Shown piece after piece: positions 30,378 through 41,985 of a DNA stretch of 64,000 bases. The translations under genes were made by a program, and so were the position numbers. This DNA comes from Candidatus Kapaibacterium sp. (lineage in GTDB: Bacteria > Bacteroidota > Ignavibacteria > Kapaibacteriales > UBA2268), in assembly GCA_938031175.1 (NCBI GenBank), contig CALHGZ010000004.1, positions 67,635 to 131,634 on the forward strand, in the 5' to 3' direction. The notes below the pieces were generated by a model that did not search any database, was not told the origin of the DNA, and saw only the letters and a list, made by a program, of their open reading frames with translations. Each line of letters starts with the position of its first letter. Position 1 is the stretch's first letter.

Positions 30378-31766
30378 ATGAAGCAAGTTGATTTAGTTAT
30401 ACTTAATGAGAGAAGTTTTAAGCTCAATGATGGAATTGAAAATGACGGTCCTGTAATATATTGGATGAGTCGTGATCAAAGATTGCAGGATAATTGGGCA
30501 TTAATCTACTCATTAATACATGCCGAGAAAAAGCGAACCTATGTTATTGTTGTTTTCTGTCTTTTAGATGAATTTTTAGGTGCGAACAAAAATCATTATG
30601 CTTTTATGATACAAGGGCTTATTGAATTAGCCCATAATTGTGAAAAATATAGTATTCCTTTCGAGTTGGTTGTTGGTAATCCCATTTATGAAATTCCTAA
30701 GCTAATTTTTAATCATAATGCATCATTGTTAGTAACTGATTTTGATCCATTGAAGATTAAAAGAAATTGGAAGAGTCAAATTGCAAAAAAAATTTCAATA
30801 CCCTTTTTCGAAGTTGATGCACATAATATTGTCCCTGTATGGAAGGTTTCAGATAAAGAGGAATTTGCTGCTTACACTATTCGTCCCAAGATACATAAGC
30901 TTTTAAATAGGTATCTTATAGAATTCCCTAAATTGACAAAACAAAATAATGTAAATTTTCCAGTTGTTAATAATATTCACCCCCAAATAGTTGAGCAATA
31001 TATTAAATATTTTAATTACTACTCTGATTTTAAAGCGGGAGAAAGCGAAGCTTCTTCTCGTTTTTATCGATGGGTGAATGAAAAATTTATTGATTATGCT
31101 GATTATCGGAATGACCCAGTTCGCCGGTGTCAATCCGATTTGTCTCCTTATCTGCATTTCGGTATGATCTCAGCTCAAAGGATTGCACTTGAAGTTAATA
31201 AGCTATTGTTTAACCATTTGCCCGATGAGAAACTTACAAGTTCTGCAAATGCTTTTCTCGAAGAATTAATCATAAGACGTGAACTTTCTGATAATTTTTG
31301 TTATTATAACAAAAATTACGATAATTTTGATGGTTTTCAACAATGGGCAAAGGATACATTAAATAAGCATAGAAATGACAAGCGTGAATATATTTATACA
31401 CTCGAAGAGTTTGAATCAGCAAATACGCATGATGATTTGTGGAATGCAGCTCAAATTGAAATGATTCAAAGAGGTAAAATGCACGGATATATGAGGATGT
31501 ATTGGGCGAAAAAAATTCTTGAGTGGACAAAATCGCCTGATGAAGCAATTGAAATAGCTATTTATTTAAATGATAAATATGAGTTAGACGGGCGAGATCC
31601 TAATGGATATACTGGTATTGCTTGGTCGATCGGGGGGGTACATGATAGACCTTGGTCAGAGAGACCTGTTTTCGGTAAAATCAGATTTATGAATTATAAT
31701 GGTTGTAAGCGTAAATTTGATGTTGATAAATACATACAAATGAATATAGAAAAAGGAATTAATTAA
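30378..31766 (+). CDS. phr: Deoxyribodipyrimidine photolyase, class II-like
   Basis: 462 aa. Motifs DLSPYLHFG, HGYMRMYWAKKILEW and GIAWSIGGVHDRPW are typical of class II CPD photolyases. Confidence 0.7.
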   Translation: MKQVDLVILNERSFKLNDGIENDGPVIYWMSRDQRLQDNWALIYSLIHAEKKRTYVIVVFCLLDEFLGANKNHYAFMIQGLIELAHNCEKYSIPFELVVGNPIYEIPKLIFNHNASLLVTDFDPLKIKRNWKSQIAKKISIPFFEVDAHNIVPVWKVSDKEEFAAYTIRPKIHKLLNRYLIEFPKLTKQNNVNFPVVNNIHPQIVEQYIKYFNYYSDFKAGESEASSRFYRWVNEKFIDYADYRNDPVRRCQSDLSPYLHFGMISAQRIALEVNKLLFNHLPDEKLTSSANAFLEELIIRRELSDNFCYYNKNYDNFDGFQQWAKDTLNKHRNDKREYIYTLEEFESANTHDDLWNAAQIEMIQRGKMHGYMRMYWAKKILEWTKSPDEAIEIAIYLNDKYELDGRDPNGYTGIAWSIGGVHDRPWSERPVFGKIRFMNYNGCKRKFDVDKYIQMNIEKGIN

Positions 31767-33810
31767 CTTTATCACGAATAAACCAAATTACAACCCTTCT
31801 GTTTTTTGCTCTACCTTCTGGAGTATCATTTGTGTCAATTGGTTGTGAAGCTCCGTAACCTTTTGTTTTGATACGTTTGGGATTGCATCCCTTGTCAATT
31901 AAGTAATTAGCAACTGCTTTTGCTCTTTTCTCAGATAAATTCATATTATATTCTTCTGTGCCTACAATATCGGTATGTCCCTCGATTTCAATTTTTAAAT
32001 CAAGATTTTCTGACATATTTAAAAAATTGGCAAGTCTATTTAATTCAGGAAAAGATTCGGATTTTAGGTCATATTTATCGAAATCAAAAAAAACATTATT
32101 AATTAATACTTTAATTTTACTAGATTTTATATCATCAATAGATGGGAGCGTAATGTCTTCGATAATTTCTGGTACAGCTTTCACTGCCGATAAATCAATA
32201 TTTCTGGAACTGGGATAATACCCATCACTACTTGCATAATAACCATAGTGCTTGCCAACAGGTAAAGAAATAATATATGTCCCTGTTACCGGATTAGAAT
32301 TTAATTCGCCTATTTTTTCACCTGTTTTTAAATCTTCCCATATAATTTTAGCTTTTAGAGGTTTCCCTTTTAGATCTCTAACTTTCCCTTTGATAACAAC
32401 TAAATGGTCAGGTCGAGCTTTTAAGGGTAGAGTGATGCTATAAATGTCTAGATTACCATATCCACCAGGTCTATTACGGGAAGCGAAATATGCTTTTTCG
32501 CCCGAAATGTCAATTTTATATCCTAAATCATCGTCAGTTGAGTTGATTTCTTTTCCTAAATTAATAGGTGTTGACCATTCTGTCCATGAGGTATCGTTTA
32601 ATCTACGGGAGACAAATACATCTAAACCACCTAAACCCGGATGCCCTTCGGAGCTAAAGAATAGTGTCTTCCCATCTGGATGTAGATATGGGGAACGTTC
32701 GGAGTAGGGGGTATTAATAGTTGGACCTAAATTTAGGGGTTGACTCCAACCTGTATCAGTTTTGAAGGAAATATATATATCTTCATTGCCATTTGTACTA
32801 CCGTAGGCAAGTGAACCAAAGGGACGAAATTCGCCAATTCCTCCGGGTCTATCGCTTGCAAATATGAGCGCTTTACCATCACTTGTCAAATTAGCAGCTT
32901 CGTCTGTATATTTTGTGTTGATTGGATGTGGGAAGTGTTGCAAATTGCCCCAACCTTTTTCTGTAAGTTCAGCATAGTAAATATCATAATTCCCAAAACT
33001 TCCCTGGAATGTACCGGAAAGAAATAAGCCTGTTCCATCAGCAGTGACATTATCAACAGTTTCATCCTGTGAACTATTAATGGCAGGTCCAAGATTTTTA
33101 GGTTTTTGCCATTGACCATTGATTTTTTCTGAAACCCATACATCGTTTCTACCTTTACCGCCCTTGCGGTGAGATGCAGAAAAATAGAGATAATTCCCAT
33201 CTGGTGTAGGATTAGGATCCCATTCGTTTAGAGCTGTATTTATGTTTGGACCTAAATTTTCAAGAACAAGACCTTCCTCATCGGCTAATAAAATATTTAT
33301 TATTGACTCAAAATGTTCCTGTTTTTCAGGAAAAAATTTCTGGTAGGATTTATATATAGCGGCGGCTGTATCCCATTCTTTTCTGTCAATGAAAGGCGAA
33401 GCCAAGCGTTGTAATGCGATAAAGGCATTACGCGAAGGTGCATTTTCAACTATATACATATCGTAAAATGGGTATAAATCTTTTGTAGTTTTTTCAGTCA
33501 GCATTATCTGCTCGTAGGCCTGAATTTGTCTATCAAAGTAATCCTCGTAACCAGGGAAAAATTCTTTATAGACGCGATATACATACATCGATAGGATAGA
33601 TTTATTTTCGAAACGGTTGCGGGCAGCTAAAATATTTAAAATTTTTAAAGCACTATCCCTTGGTTTGCCATATCTGAGGAATTTATCTAATTCAGTAATT
33701 GGTGCTTGATTTTGATCAACATTCTCTAATTGCGCAATAGAATCTGAATATATTAATAGATAAGAAAAAATTGCAATCAATATTAAGTTTGAAATTCTCA
33801 TATTATACAA
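31759..33810 (-). CDS. TPR + TolB-like β-propeller (PD40 repeats) + OmpA/Pal-like C-terminal domain protein
   Basis: Signal peptide. Repeated …DGK.L.F.S.R… PD40-like motifs. C-terminal OmpA motif …IEGHTDIVGTEEYNMNLSEKRAKAV.NYL. Confidence 0.65.
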   Translation of the reverse strand: MYNMRISNLILIAIFSYLLIYSDSIAQLENVDQNQAPITELDKFLRYGKPRDSALKILNILAARNRFENKSILSMYVYRVYKEFFPGYEDYFDRQIQAYEQIMLTEKTTKDLYPFYDMYIVENAPSRNAFIALQRLASPFIDRKEWDTAAAIYKSYQKFFPEKQEHFESIINILLADEEGLVLENLGPNINTALNEWDPNPTPDGNYLYFSASHRKGGKGRNDVWVSEKINGQWQKPKNLGPAINSSQDETVDNVTADGTGLFLSGTFQGSFGNYDIYYAELTEKGWGNLQHFPHPINTKYTDEAANLTSDGKALIFASDRPGGIGEFRPFGSLAYGSTNGNEDIYISFKTDTGWSQPLNLGPTINTPYSERSPYLHPDGKTLFFSSEGHPGLGGLDVFVSRRLNDTSWTEWSTPINLGKEINSTDDDLGYKIDISGEKAYFASRNRPGGYGNLDIYSITLPLKARPDHLVVIKGKVRDLKGKPLKAKIIWEDLKTGEKIGELNSNPVTGTYIISLPVGKHYGYYASSDGYYPSSRNIDLSAVKAVPEIIEDITLPSIDDIKSSKIKVLINNVFFDFDKYDLKSESFPELNRLANFLNMSENLDLKIEIEGHTDIVGTEEYNMNLSEKRAKAVANYLIDKGCNPKRIKTKGYGASQPIDTNDTPEGRAKNRRVVIWFIRDKVN

Positions 33811-33940
33811 AACGAATTTATATTTGTGGAATTATAAAATAAAAAGCAAATTTAGTTGTATATTATTATATCTATTGGATATTACTATAGAATATTAATT
33901 TATATTTTTAAATAATTGTGAAAAAATCCGGAGTTATTGA

Positions 33941-34741
33941 ATGACTGTCCGCTTTTTTATTTTTTTGCTTTGTATTGTGTTAATGTTGAATTTTACATTA
34001 GCCCAGCCATTACCAATAGTAGTAAAGGGTAAGGTAACTGATGAGCTTACTGGTCAGCCTATTGGAGTTGAAATAGAATTTAGGAGTACTGATGGTAGGA
34101 AAATTAAAATCAATTCGAATTCCATCTCCGGGGAATATCAGCAGGTTTTAAATGCCGGTGAATTTTATGATGTAATTTTTAGTGGTCCAAATATTATTAG
34201 AAAAGTTGACAGACTTAAGGTAGATCATTTCGATAGTTATGATGAACAAGAGCAAAACTTTACTGTAATTAAATTAGAACCGGGTAGAACTTTATTTAAA
34301 ATATCAGCATTTAATAAAGGTTCAAACGAAGTAAGTAAAGAAGAAATCGAATCTGTATTTAATCAAATCAAGGAAATAATGAAATTTAATCGGGCTGTCA
34401 ACTTTGAATTTGTTATAAATGCAAAAGATACATACAAAAAAGCTCCAATTTATGAATACAAAGAAGAGGCAAAAGCAAAAGGTAAAAAGAAAAAACCTGT
34501 TAAATCAGAGCCAAGACAATTAATCCAACCTGACCCAAACCCGGAATTAGTGAAATCTCTTGTTGATGCAAGAATAGAGAGAATAAATTCATTGATTGAT
34601 GATAATGATTGGAAGCGATATATCAGGAGAATTACAGTTAATGGTGATTATAGTTTGGGTGAATATACAAATCCCGAAAAATCCAATATACCAAATCTTT
34701 TGATTGTTGTTAAGTCAATAGATTCAGCAATGGAAAGATAA
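33941..34741 (+). CDS. Hypothetical secreted protein with Lys-rich linker
   Basis: Signal peptide. N-terminal segment VVKGKVTDELTGQPIGVEIEF resembles a carboxypeptidase-regulatory-like β-sandwich. KKKKPVK linker. Confidence 0.3.
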   Translation: MTVRFFIFLLCIVLMLNFTLAQPLPIVVKGKVTDELTGQPIGVEIEFRSTDGRKIKINSNSISGEYQQVLNAGEFYDVIFSGPNIIRKVDRLKVDHFDSYDEQEQNFTVIKLEPGRTLFKISAFNKGSNEVSKEEIESVFNQIKEIMKFNRAVNFEFVINAKDTYKKAPIYEYKEEAKAKGKKKKPVKSEPRQLIQPDPNPELVKSLVDARIERINSLIDDNDWKRYIRRITVNGDYSLGEYTNPEKSNIPNLLIVVKSIDSAMER

Positions 34742-34761
34742 TAAATTATAAATTTGTAAAT

Positions 34762-34791
34762 CCCCACCAATTAATTTTGGTGGGGTTTTTT
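34762..34791. terminator. Bidirectional rho-independent terminator between convergent genes
   Basis: CCCCACCAA-ttaatt-TTGGTGGGG hairpin flanked by an A-run upstream and a T-run downstream. Confidence 0.65.
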
Positions 34792-34796
34792 ATTAA

Positions 34797-37088
34797 TTAT
34801 TTATAATGGATAAAAATATATGTGATGATATCTTTACCGATGCTACCTTTAACCAGATAGACACCATTTGATAGTCCAATTAAATTAAATTCATGACGGT
34901 TTGATCGACATAGTTCATAATTTTCAGCGATAGATTTTATAAATTTTCCGGTTGATTCATAAAGAGAAAGGTTAAGAAAGGACTGACCTGGATTTGAGGA
35001 GTAATATTCAAAAACAAGTGACTGGTTCGAATTTGAGTAGTACATTTTTACATTAGAATTTCCAGTATTGTAAAATTCTTTAATCGATGACAATGAGCCA
35101 GAACCTTTGAGAGCAATTTTTTTCTCTGGTTCATTTTCTGCATTAGAATAAATTACAAGCTGTGATTTATAATGTTTTTCTTCTTTTGGTTTAAAATTAA
35201 TTTCCAAATCATAACTATTTCCCATTTCAAGTCTAATAGGGAAAATGTGTTCGCCAAGTAGATTATATACGTTGTCAATGTTATTTTCAAAAGAGATTTC
35301 TATTATTTCAAGATCGTATTCACCGAGGTTATAAATGGTAAGCAATTCTGTTTTACCATCGGGTGGATTATTGGGTTCAGCATAACCAAAGTCAATTTCA
35401 TTGACAGAAGTTTCTATTTTAGGTCCCATACCTGGTTCTATTCCGATACCATAGATCGGAATGTATTTTTCGGTAGCATCGAGAGAAGTTGAGAGAATTT
35501 TTAGCATTGAATTATAAACTTCACCAACTTCCTGAGGTACAAACTTAATTCTTACGGTTTTGGATTGTCCGGGTTGAAGAATTACAGGTACTGCACTTCC
35601 AAAGACAAAACTATAAGCTTTTTTCTCGTTATTTTCAATACTTATCCAGTTAATGGTTAATTCTCGGTTTCCACCATTTGACATAATTAAATCGATAAAT
35701 TTCTGTTTTAATACACCAACAGAACCGAAATTCAACTGATTATGATTAAGTTCTAACAAGGGACCAATGCCTTTGCCACCTCTTCCTTTTAGAGCTATAC
35801 CTTTTATTTGACTTTCTGCGTCATTTGATGTGAAATCCAGATAATCAATGTAGTTATAATCTTCAGTGGGTTTGAAAATAACTTTAAAGCTTTTTGTTTC
35901 ATTTGCTTGTAGATTGAAAGGTGTTTTGGGTAATCCACCTTCTAATTGGAAAGCTGGTGATCCAAATGAAAATTCAACATTTTCTACAGTTAAAACACTT
36001 TTACCACTGTTCAAGGCAATAAATTCGGCGCTTGCAGTTTTACCAATTTCTAAAGCTCCGAAATTAATTTCATTTGGTATAAATTCGAGTTTAGGTCCTG
36101 GTGCGGGCGCTTTAGTCAGTAGCCAATTAATTGCACTTGTTACGGCAAATTGACGTGAATAATTCGTTGACATATATTCAAAACCCATTGACCAGAAAAC
36201 AAGCTTACCGCCATCTTTTTTATCGGAACGAATTCCAAGCAAAGTATCGGTTAATGGCTGTTTATCATCCAGTACAAAATGATCAACAGGTTTGAATTGA
36301 GAATTATTCTTAAGTTTAAAAACGTCAACATTATAGCAATAAGGATTTAAGGGTGTCTGTCCATCAAATATCACATTACAATACTTAATAGCAGCCCAGG
36401 AAACGGGATCTTTGATTGCTCCTCGTGCTATAAATTGGTTGAATTTGATATTAATTGTTGAGCCGCTGATTGTAGAATCACAAGTGGGTCTATAGCCGAT
36501 ATAATCAATACCGAGGATATTTGTAAAAAAATTTTTAACACTTGGATCATCACCGATTTGGGTGCGGAAAGCTCCAACAAGAGCTAAATTACCTGTTATC
36601 ATTATGCTTTTCCCGGCATTGTAAGCCTCTAAGATTTTATCAATAATTTTTATACCTCCGGGTGTTTTAGCATTTAATAGATAATTACCGAGTGGAATAA
36701 TGATGAGGTCGAAATCTGTGATGTAATTTTTTTTGAAGAAATCATCGGTAAATGATGCTCTTGTAAATCTTTCGGAATATTCGCTCGACTGGATGTACTG
36801 GTAGTAAGCTGAAAAATGATATGGGTCTAAGTTATCGAATAGGATGCATTTATAGTCAGAGCTAATTCCTTGTGTACTTTTAACGGATGGTATCAATACA
36901 GACGATTCATTAATGATTTTTGATATTTTATCGTTATTGTTGAGATTGTTTGAAAAGACATTTGAATTGTAAAAAATAAATGTAAATGTTGTTATTAAAA
37001 GCAAGAAAATATTTCTTTGCATATTGACCTCCATATAAATAATCTGATAATGATTTTTGAAATTTAACAAAAAATATATGATATTCAA
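34797..37088 (-). CDS. Secreted T9SS-cargo protein, paralog A
   Basis: 763 aa. Signal peptide. C-terminal …NGVYLVKGSIGKDIITYIFIHYK CTD. Internal Ig-like region PGPKLEFIPNEINFGALEIGKTASAEF… parallels the downstream gene. Confidence 0.5.
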   Translation of the reverse strand: MNIIYFLLNFKNHYQIIYMEVNMQRNIFLLLITTFTFIFYNSNVFSNNLNNNDKISKIINESSVLIPSVKSTQGISSDYKCILFDNLDPYHFSAYYQYIQSSEYSERFTRASFTDDFFKKNYITDFDLIIIPLGNYLLNAKTPGGIKIIDKILEAYNAGKSIMITGNLALVGAFRTQIGDDPSVKNFFTNILGIDYIGYRPTCDSTISGSTINIKFNQFIARGAIKDPVSWAAIKYCNVIFDGQTPLNPYCYNVDVFKLKNNSQFKPVDHFVLDDKQPLTDTLLGIRSDKKDGGKLVFWSMGFEYMSTNYSRQFAVTSAINWLLTKAPAPGPKLEFIPNEINFGALEIGKTASAEFIALNSGKSVLTVENVEFSFGSPAFQLEGGLPKTPFNLQANETKSFKVIFKPTEDYNYIDYLDFTSNDAESQIKGIALKGRGGKGIGPLLELNHNQLNFGSVGVLKQKFIDLIMSNGGNRELTINWISIENNEKKAYSFVFGSAVPVILQPGQSKTVRIKFVPQEVGEVYNSMLKILSTSLDATEKYIPIYGIGIEPGMGPKIETSVNEIDFGYAEPNNPPDGKTELLTIYNLGEYDLEIIEISFENNIDNVYNLLGEHIFPIRLEMGNSYDLEINFKPKEEKHYKSQLVIYSNAENEPEKKIALKGSGSLSSIKEFYNTGNSNVKMYYSNSNQSLVFEYYSSNPGQSFLNLSLYESTGKFIKSIAENYELCRSNRHEFNLIGLSNGVYLVKGSIGKDIITYIFIHYK

Positions 37089-37143
37089 ATATAAAAACAG
37101 CCGGATATATCTACCCGGCTGTTCATATAGCTTTTGTAAAGAA

Positions 37144-39606
37144 TTATTTTACCAGTGTTATTGGTATTTGCATTTTATCGTTGCCAATTTTAGCTTGTAG
37201 GAAATAAATACCAGAAGCAAGGTCAGTTGCATTAAGTGGTATGTTGTAATTTCCAATAGAGTAGGTTTCATTTGAAATTTGTTTTATTAATCTTCCCATT
37301 GCATCGAGTAGAGCTAATTCGACAAATTGCTCTTTGTCATTAATATTAAGATTGATGAATGTATTTCCACTAAAAGGATTTGGTCCTACAACTAGTTCAA
37401 ATGAATTAATTTTGTTAAGTTCGCTAACACTGACAGTCTTTTTACCTTTACCATCAAGGAAAATAGAGATTGAAGGAGCATTTTTGGCATTGGAGGTGAT
37501 GTCAATGATGTCGGAAATATTTCCTTCTTCTTTAGGTGTGAATTTAACTATAATTTCTATTTTAGCTTGTGGTTCAATGGCGATAGGAATTTTTGGTAAA
37601 TTAACGAACTCAAAAGCACCTGATTCGAAGCCAAAACTGATTTTTTCTATGGTCAAAGTTTGATCTCCGGAATTTGTTATGCTGAATGTTTTATTAAATG
37701 ATTGACCAATTTCGACTTCACCGAAATCTATTGAAGCAACATTGAGAGAGATCTCCGGTCCTTTTCCAGCAGAAGGATTCATCAACCAATCCATTATTTT
37801 AGACATTAATCCTATTCTTTGTCCATCAGCTGAAATTGCCTCAAATCCTGCTGTCATATAGACTATTCTTGAATTGCCCTTTGTTAATCTAACACCTCCG
37901 ATTTTCTTTGGATCATTATCATAATATAGGAATGGATAAGTTTCTTTGCTTATTGGTTCTAAAATATCAGTAAATAAAACATAGAAGGGCCATGTTTGAG
38001 CGTTATATTGGTTCATAATAGTTTGGAAGCCATCACCGATTGGGTCGTTTGCAACACCTGTGGCTGAGAATGTGAATAGTTGGTTACCTTGATCATTAAC
38101 TCTTCTAACATAGGGTGTAGTTGGGTTCGAACGTACACCAAGGGTACTACTATAAAATTGTTTGCCGGCTGGTGTCCCGTCGGGTCCATTAGCTACGGAG
38201 AGATCTAATTCTGAGGTGATTAAAATTCCTTTACCTGCAGCGATAAGTGAATTGAGAGTGTTTATGACCATTCCATTTGCACCAGAAGCTCCTATCAAAC
38301 CACGATAATTATAATTAATTGAGAAAACGAAATAATCAAAAGTTTCGATTGGTGGATAAGCTTGTAGTATTTCTGGGATTATAGGCATTGTAGCCATGAT
38401 TGATTTTGCGTCCGGGACGTTGTTAAGTGCATTGTATGTAGGCCAATTCTGACTTGTAGTATTATAATAATAAACAAGTTTTGATTTTGTTGACAAGGCG
38501 TAAACTGCATCTATTTTATCTTGTGGAATACCATCAACACCAAGAGGTGATGCTTTAACAACCACACCAACAAATCCGGGAGCATCCGGGGCGCTAATTG
38601 TAACATTGACAGTAACGCTTGCATTTGGTTGTAAGTATGTATTTGTAGGATTTAATTTAGCTGACCAACCAGTTGGTAAACCACTTGCTTCTTGATCAAC
38701 TGCAAAAGCTACATTCATTGGTATTGAATTGGGATTTGTAAAGATAATTTCACCAACAACATTGCTTTTGGGGTCAACTTTAAGAAATGGATTTGGTACT
38801 GCAGAAGTAAGAGTAATTAATTTTAAATTGTGGGCTGCTTGAAGAACCTCTTTAGTACCATCATCTTGAATAAATGCTACTATGTATATTTTGTTGGGGT
38901 TCCAATCATTATGTATTGGCACATTGAAAGTATAATTTTGGTTTGAGCCGGCAGATTGATTTATTGTTGTACCATTATGGTCAGGTAACATTTTTCTTGC
39001 CACATGGTAAAAGTCGGTTTCTCCATTGGAACCAGCAGTGCCCTGAGGATAGTAAATGTGATATTCGACTACAGCAACACGTAATTTTTTGCCTTGAATT
39101 GCTTGGGTTGTTGCTACATTTACACCAACATTGAAGTTATTTCCGGATTTAGTTTGTGTGATCGAAATAGTGATTGGTGAAGTTGTTCCAGTATATTTAC
39201 TCAATTCTGAATTTAAAGCTGTTGTGTCACCGGGAGCTCCTTTATACCAACCTGGTGATGTTGGCAATGGATGGGCTCCATTCATTCTGCAAACAGGTAC
39301 TCCCTCATTATTCATACCATAATAAGTACCGATTCTGCCTTGATTCATAACTGTATTATGCAAATACATTGGGTCATTAGGACCGGGCCACCAGGCGTGG
39401 TAAATTAGTGGTATTACTTGGTCGGTATGATTTTTTAGCCAAGCTAAAAATATAGGATTTTGTTGGGCACAGGGTGGGCAGGATGCATTTGTTGCTTCTT
39501 CGACAAGTACCATTCTTGGAGATTGTGCTAACGATTCGGGTATACTTGGAAAAAGCACAAAATAAGCTGCTACTATTATTGCAGTAATTTGTAGGATTTT
39601 TTTCAT
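37144..39606 (-). CDS. Secreted T9SS-cargo protein, paralog B (N-terminal CPPC thioredoxin-like motif)
   Basis: 820 aa. Signal peptide. C-terminal NPFSGNTFINLN…GIYFLQAKIGNDKMQIPITLVK is a classical T9SS CTD. The GKGPEISLNVASIDFGEVEIGQSF… region is paralogous to 34797..37088. Confidence 0.55.
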   Translation of the reverse strand: MKKILQITAIIVAAYFVLFPSIPESLAQSPRMVLVEEATNASCPPCAQQNPIFLAWLKNHTDQVIPLIYHAWWPGPNDPMYLHNTVMNQGRIGTYYGMNNEGVPVCRMNGAHPLPTSPGWYKGAPGDTTALNSELSKYTGTTSPITISITQTKSGNNFNVGVNVATTQAIQGKKLRVAVVEYHIYYPQGTAGSNGETDFYHVARKMLPDHNGTTINQSAGSNQNYTFNVPIHNDWNPNKIYIVAFIQDDGTKEVLQAAHNLKLITLTSAVPNPFLKVDPKSNVVGEIIFTNPNSIPMNVAFAVDQEASGLPTGWSAKLNPTNTYLQPNASVTVNVTISAPDAPGFVGVVVKASPLGVDGIPQDKIDAVYALSTKSKLVYYYNTTSQNWPTYNALNNVPDAKSIMATMPIIPEILQAYPPIETFDYFVFSINYNYRGLIGASGANGMVINTLNSLIAAGKGILITSELDLSVANGPDGTPAGKQFYSSTLGVRSNPTTPYVRRVNDQGNQLFTFSATGVANDPIGDGFQTIMNQYNAQTWPFYVLFTDILEPISKETYPFLYYDNDPKKIGGVRLTKGNSRIVYMTAGFEAISADGQRIGLMSKIMDWLMNPSAGKGPEISLNVASIDFGEVEIGQSFNKTFSITNSGDQTLTIEKISFGFESGAFEFVNLPKIPIAIEPQAKIEIIVKFTPKEEGNISDIIDITSNAKNAPSISIFLDGKGKKTVSVSELNKINSFELVVGPNPFSGNTFINLNINDKEQFVELALLDAMGRLIKQISNETYSIGNYNIPLNATDLASGIYFLQAKIGNDKMQIPITLVK

Positions 39607-39761
39607 GTTTACTCCTCTTTTTAATTGAAAAATTAATATTACTTAAATTGTATTGTAAATATAAAACAAATTTATTGAAATAATTATTATTTTTATGTAA
39701 TAGTTGTTTCCATCCTGATTAAAATAATTATCAATAACAACACAGACGTATTCATTATGTT

Positions 39762-39794
39762 ACAAAAAAAATCCCGCTAGATTTTTAGCGGGAA
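39762..39794 (-). terminator. Rho-independent terminator downstream of groEL
   Basis: On the - strand: CCCGCTAAAAATCTAGCGGG hairpin followed by ATTTTTTTT, about 30 nt after the groEL stop. Confidence 0.7.
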
Positions 39795-39820
39795 TTTGAG
39801 ATAATTTTTTGGGATGTGAA

Positions 39821-41470
<1,650 letters not shown>

Positions 41471-41489
41471 TTATTGTTTATTATCAATT

Positions 41490-41777
41490 TTAGTTAATTA
41501 TTGCAAAAACATCAGATTCTCGCATGATCAAATAATCTTCGCCATCAATTGTAACTTCAGTGCCTGAGTATTTTCCATATAAAACCTTGTCGCCTACTTT
41601 TATTTGCATAGGGATGAGTTTACCGTCGTCAGCTGTTCTACCTTGACCAACAGCAATTACTTCTCCCTGTTGTGGTTTTTCTTTTGCAGTATCTGGTATA
41701 ATGATACCGCCAGCAGTTACTTCCTCAGGCTGTGAGGGCTTTACTATTATTCTGTCGTGGAGAGGTGTTAACTTCAT
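41490..41777 (-). CDS. groS: Co-chaperonin GroES (10 kDa)
   Basis: [14 protein letters not shown]… canonical GroES. The ORF-track N-terminal extension is unlikely; start chosen at the conserved Met. Confidence 0.9.
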   Translation of the reverse strand: MKLTPLHDRIIVKPSQPEEVTAGGIIIPDTAKEKPQQGEVIAVGQGRTADDGKLIPMQIKVGDKVLYGKYSGTEVTIDGEDYLIMRESDVFAIIN

Positions 41778-41814
41778 ATATCGACTCCCTTTTTGATTTA
41801 ACATATTTAAAATT

Positions 41815-41841
41815 GTTAGCACTCATTTTAAATGAGTGCTA
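41815..41841 (-). promoter_or_regulatory. CIRCE operator (HrcA binding site) upstream of groES
   Basis: Perfect TTAGCACTC-N9-GAGTGCTAA inverted repeat about 40 nt upstream of the groES start. Confidence 0.85.
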
Positions 41842-41985
41842 ATAATTTGACGCAAAATTAAACCTTATATTTTAAATTTTAAAATAAAATTTGAAAAATG
41901 AAATCTATATTAATAATGAGTTTTAATAATTTTGAATTAATTTTGTAAAATTTATAAGTTTAATAACACATAGTTTGAGGTTATC

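Noticed and set aside
41842-41985. σ70-like TTGACG…TATATT on plus strand between CIRCE and the FN3-repeat gene
   Set aside because: Spacer length is ambiguous (13-17 nt) and FCB-group promoters often follow a different consensus. Not confident enough to call.
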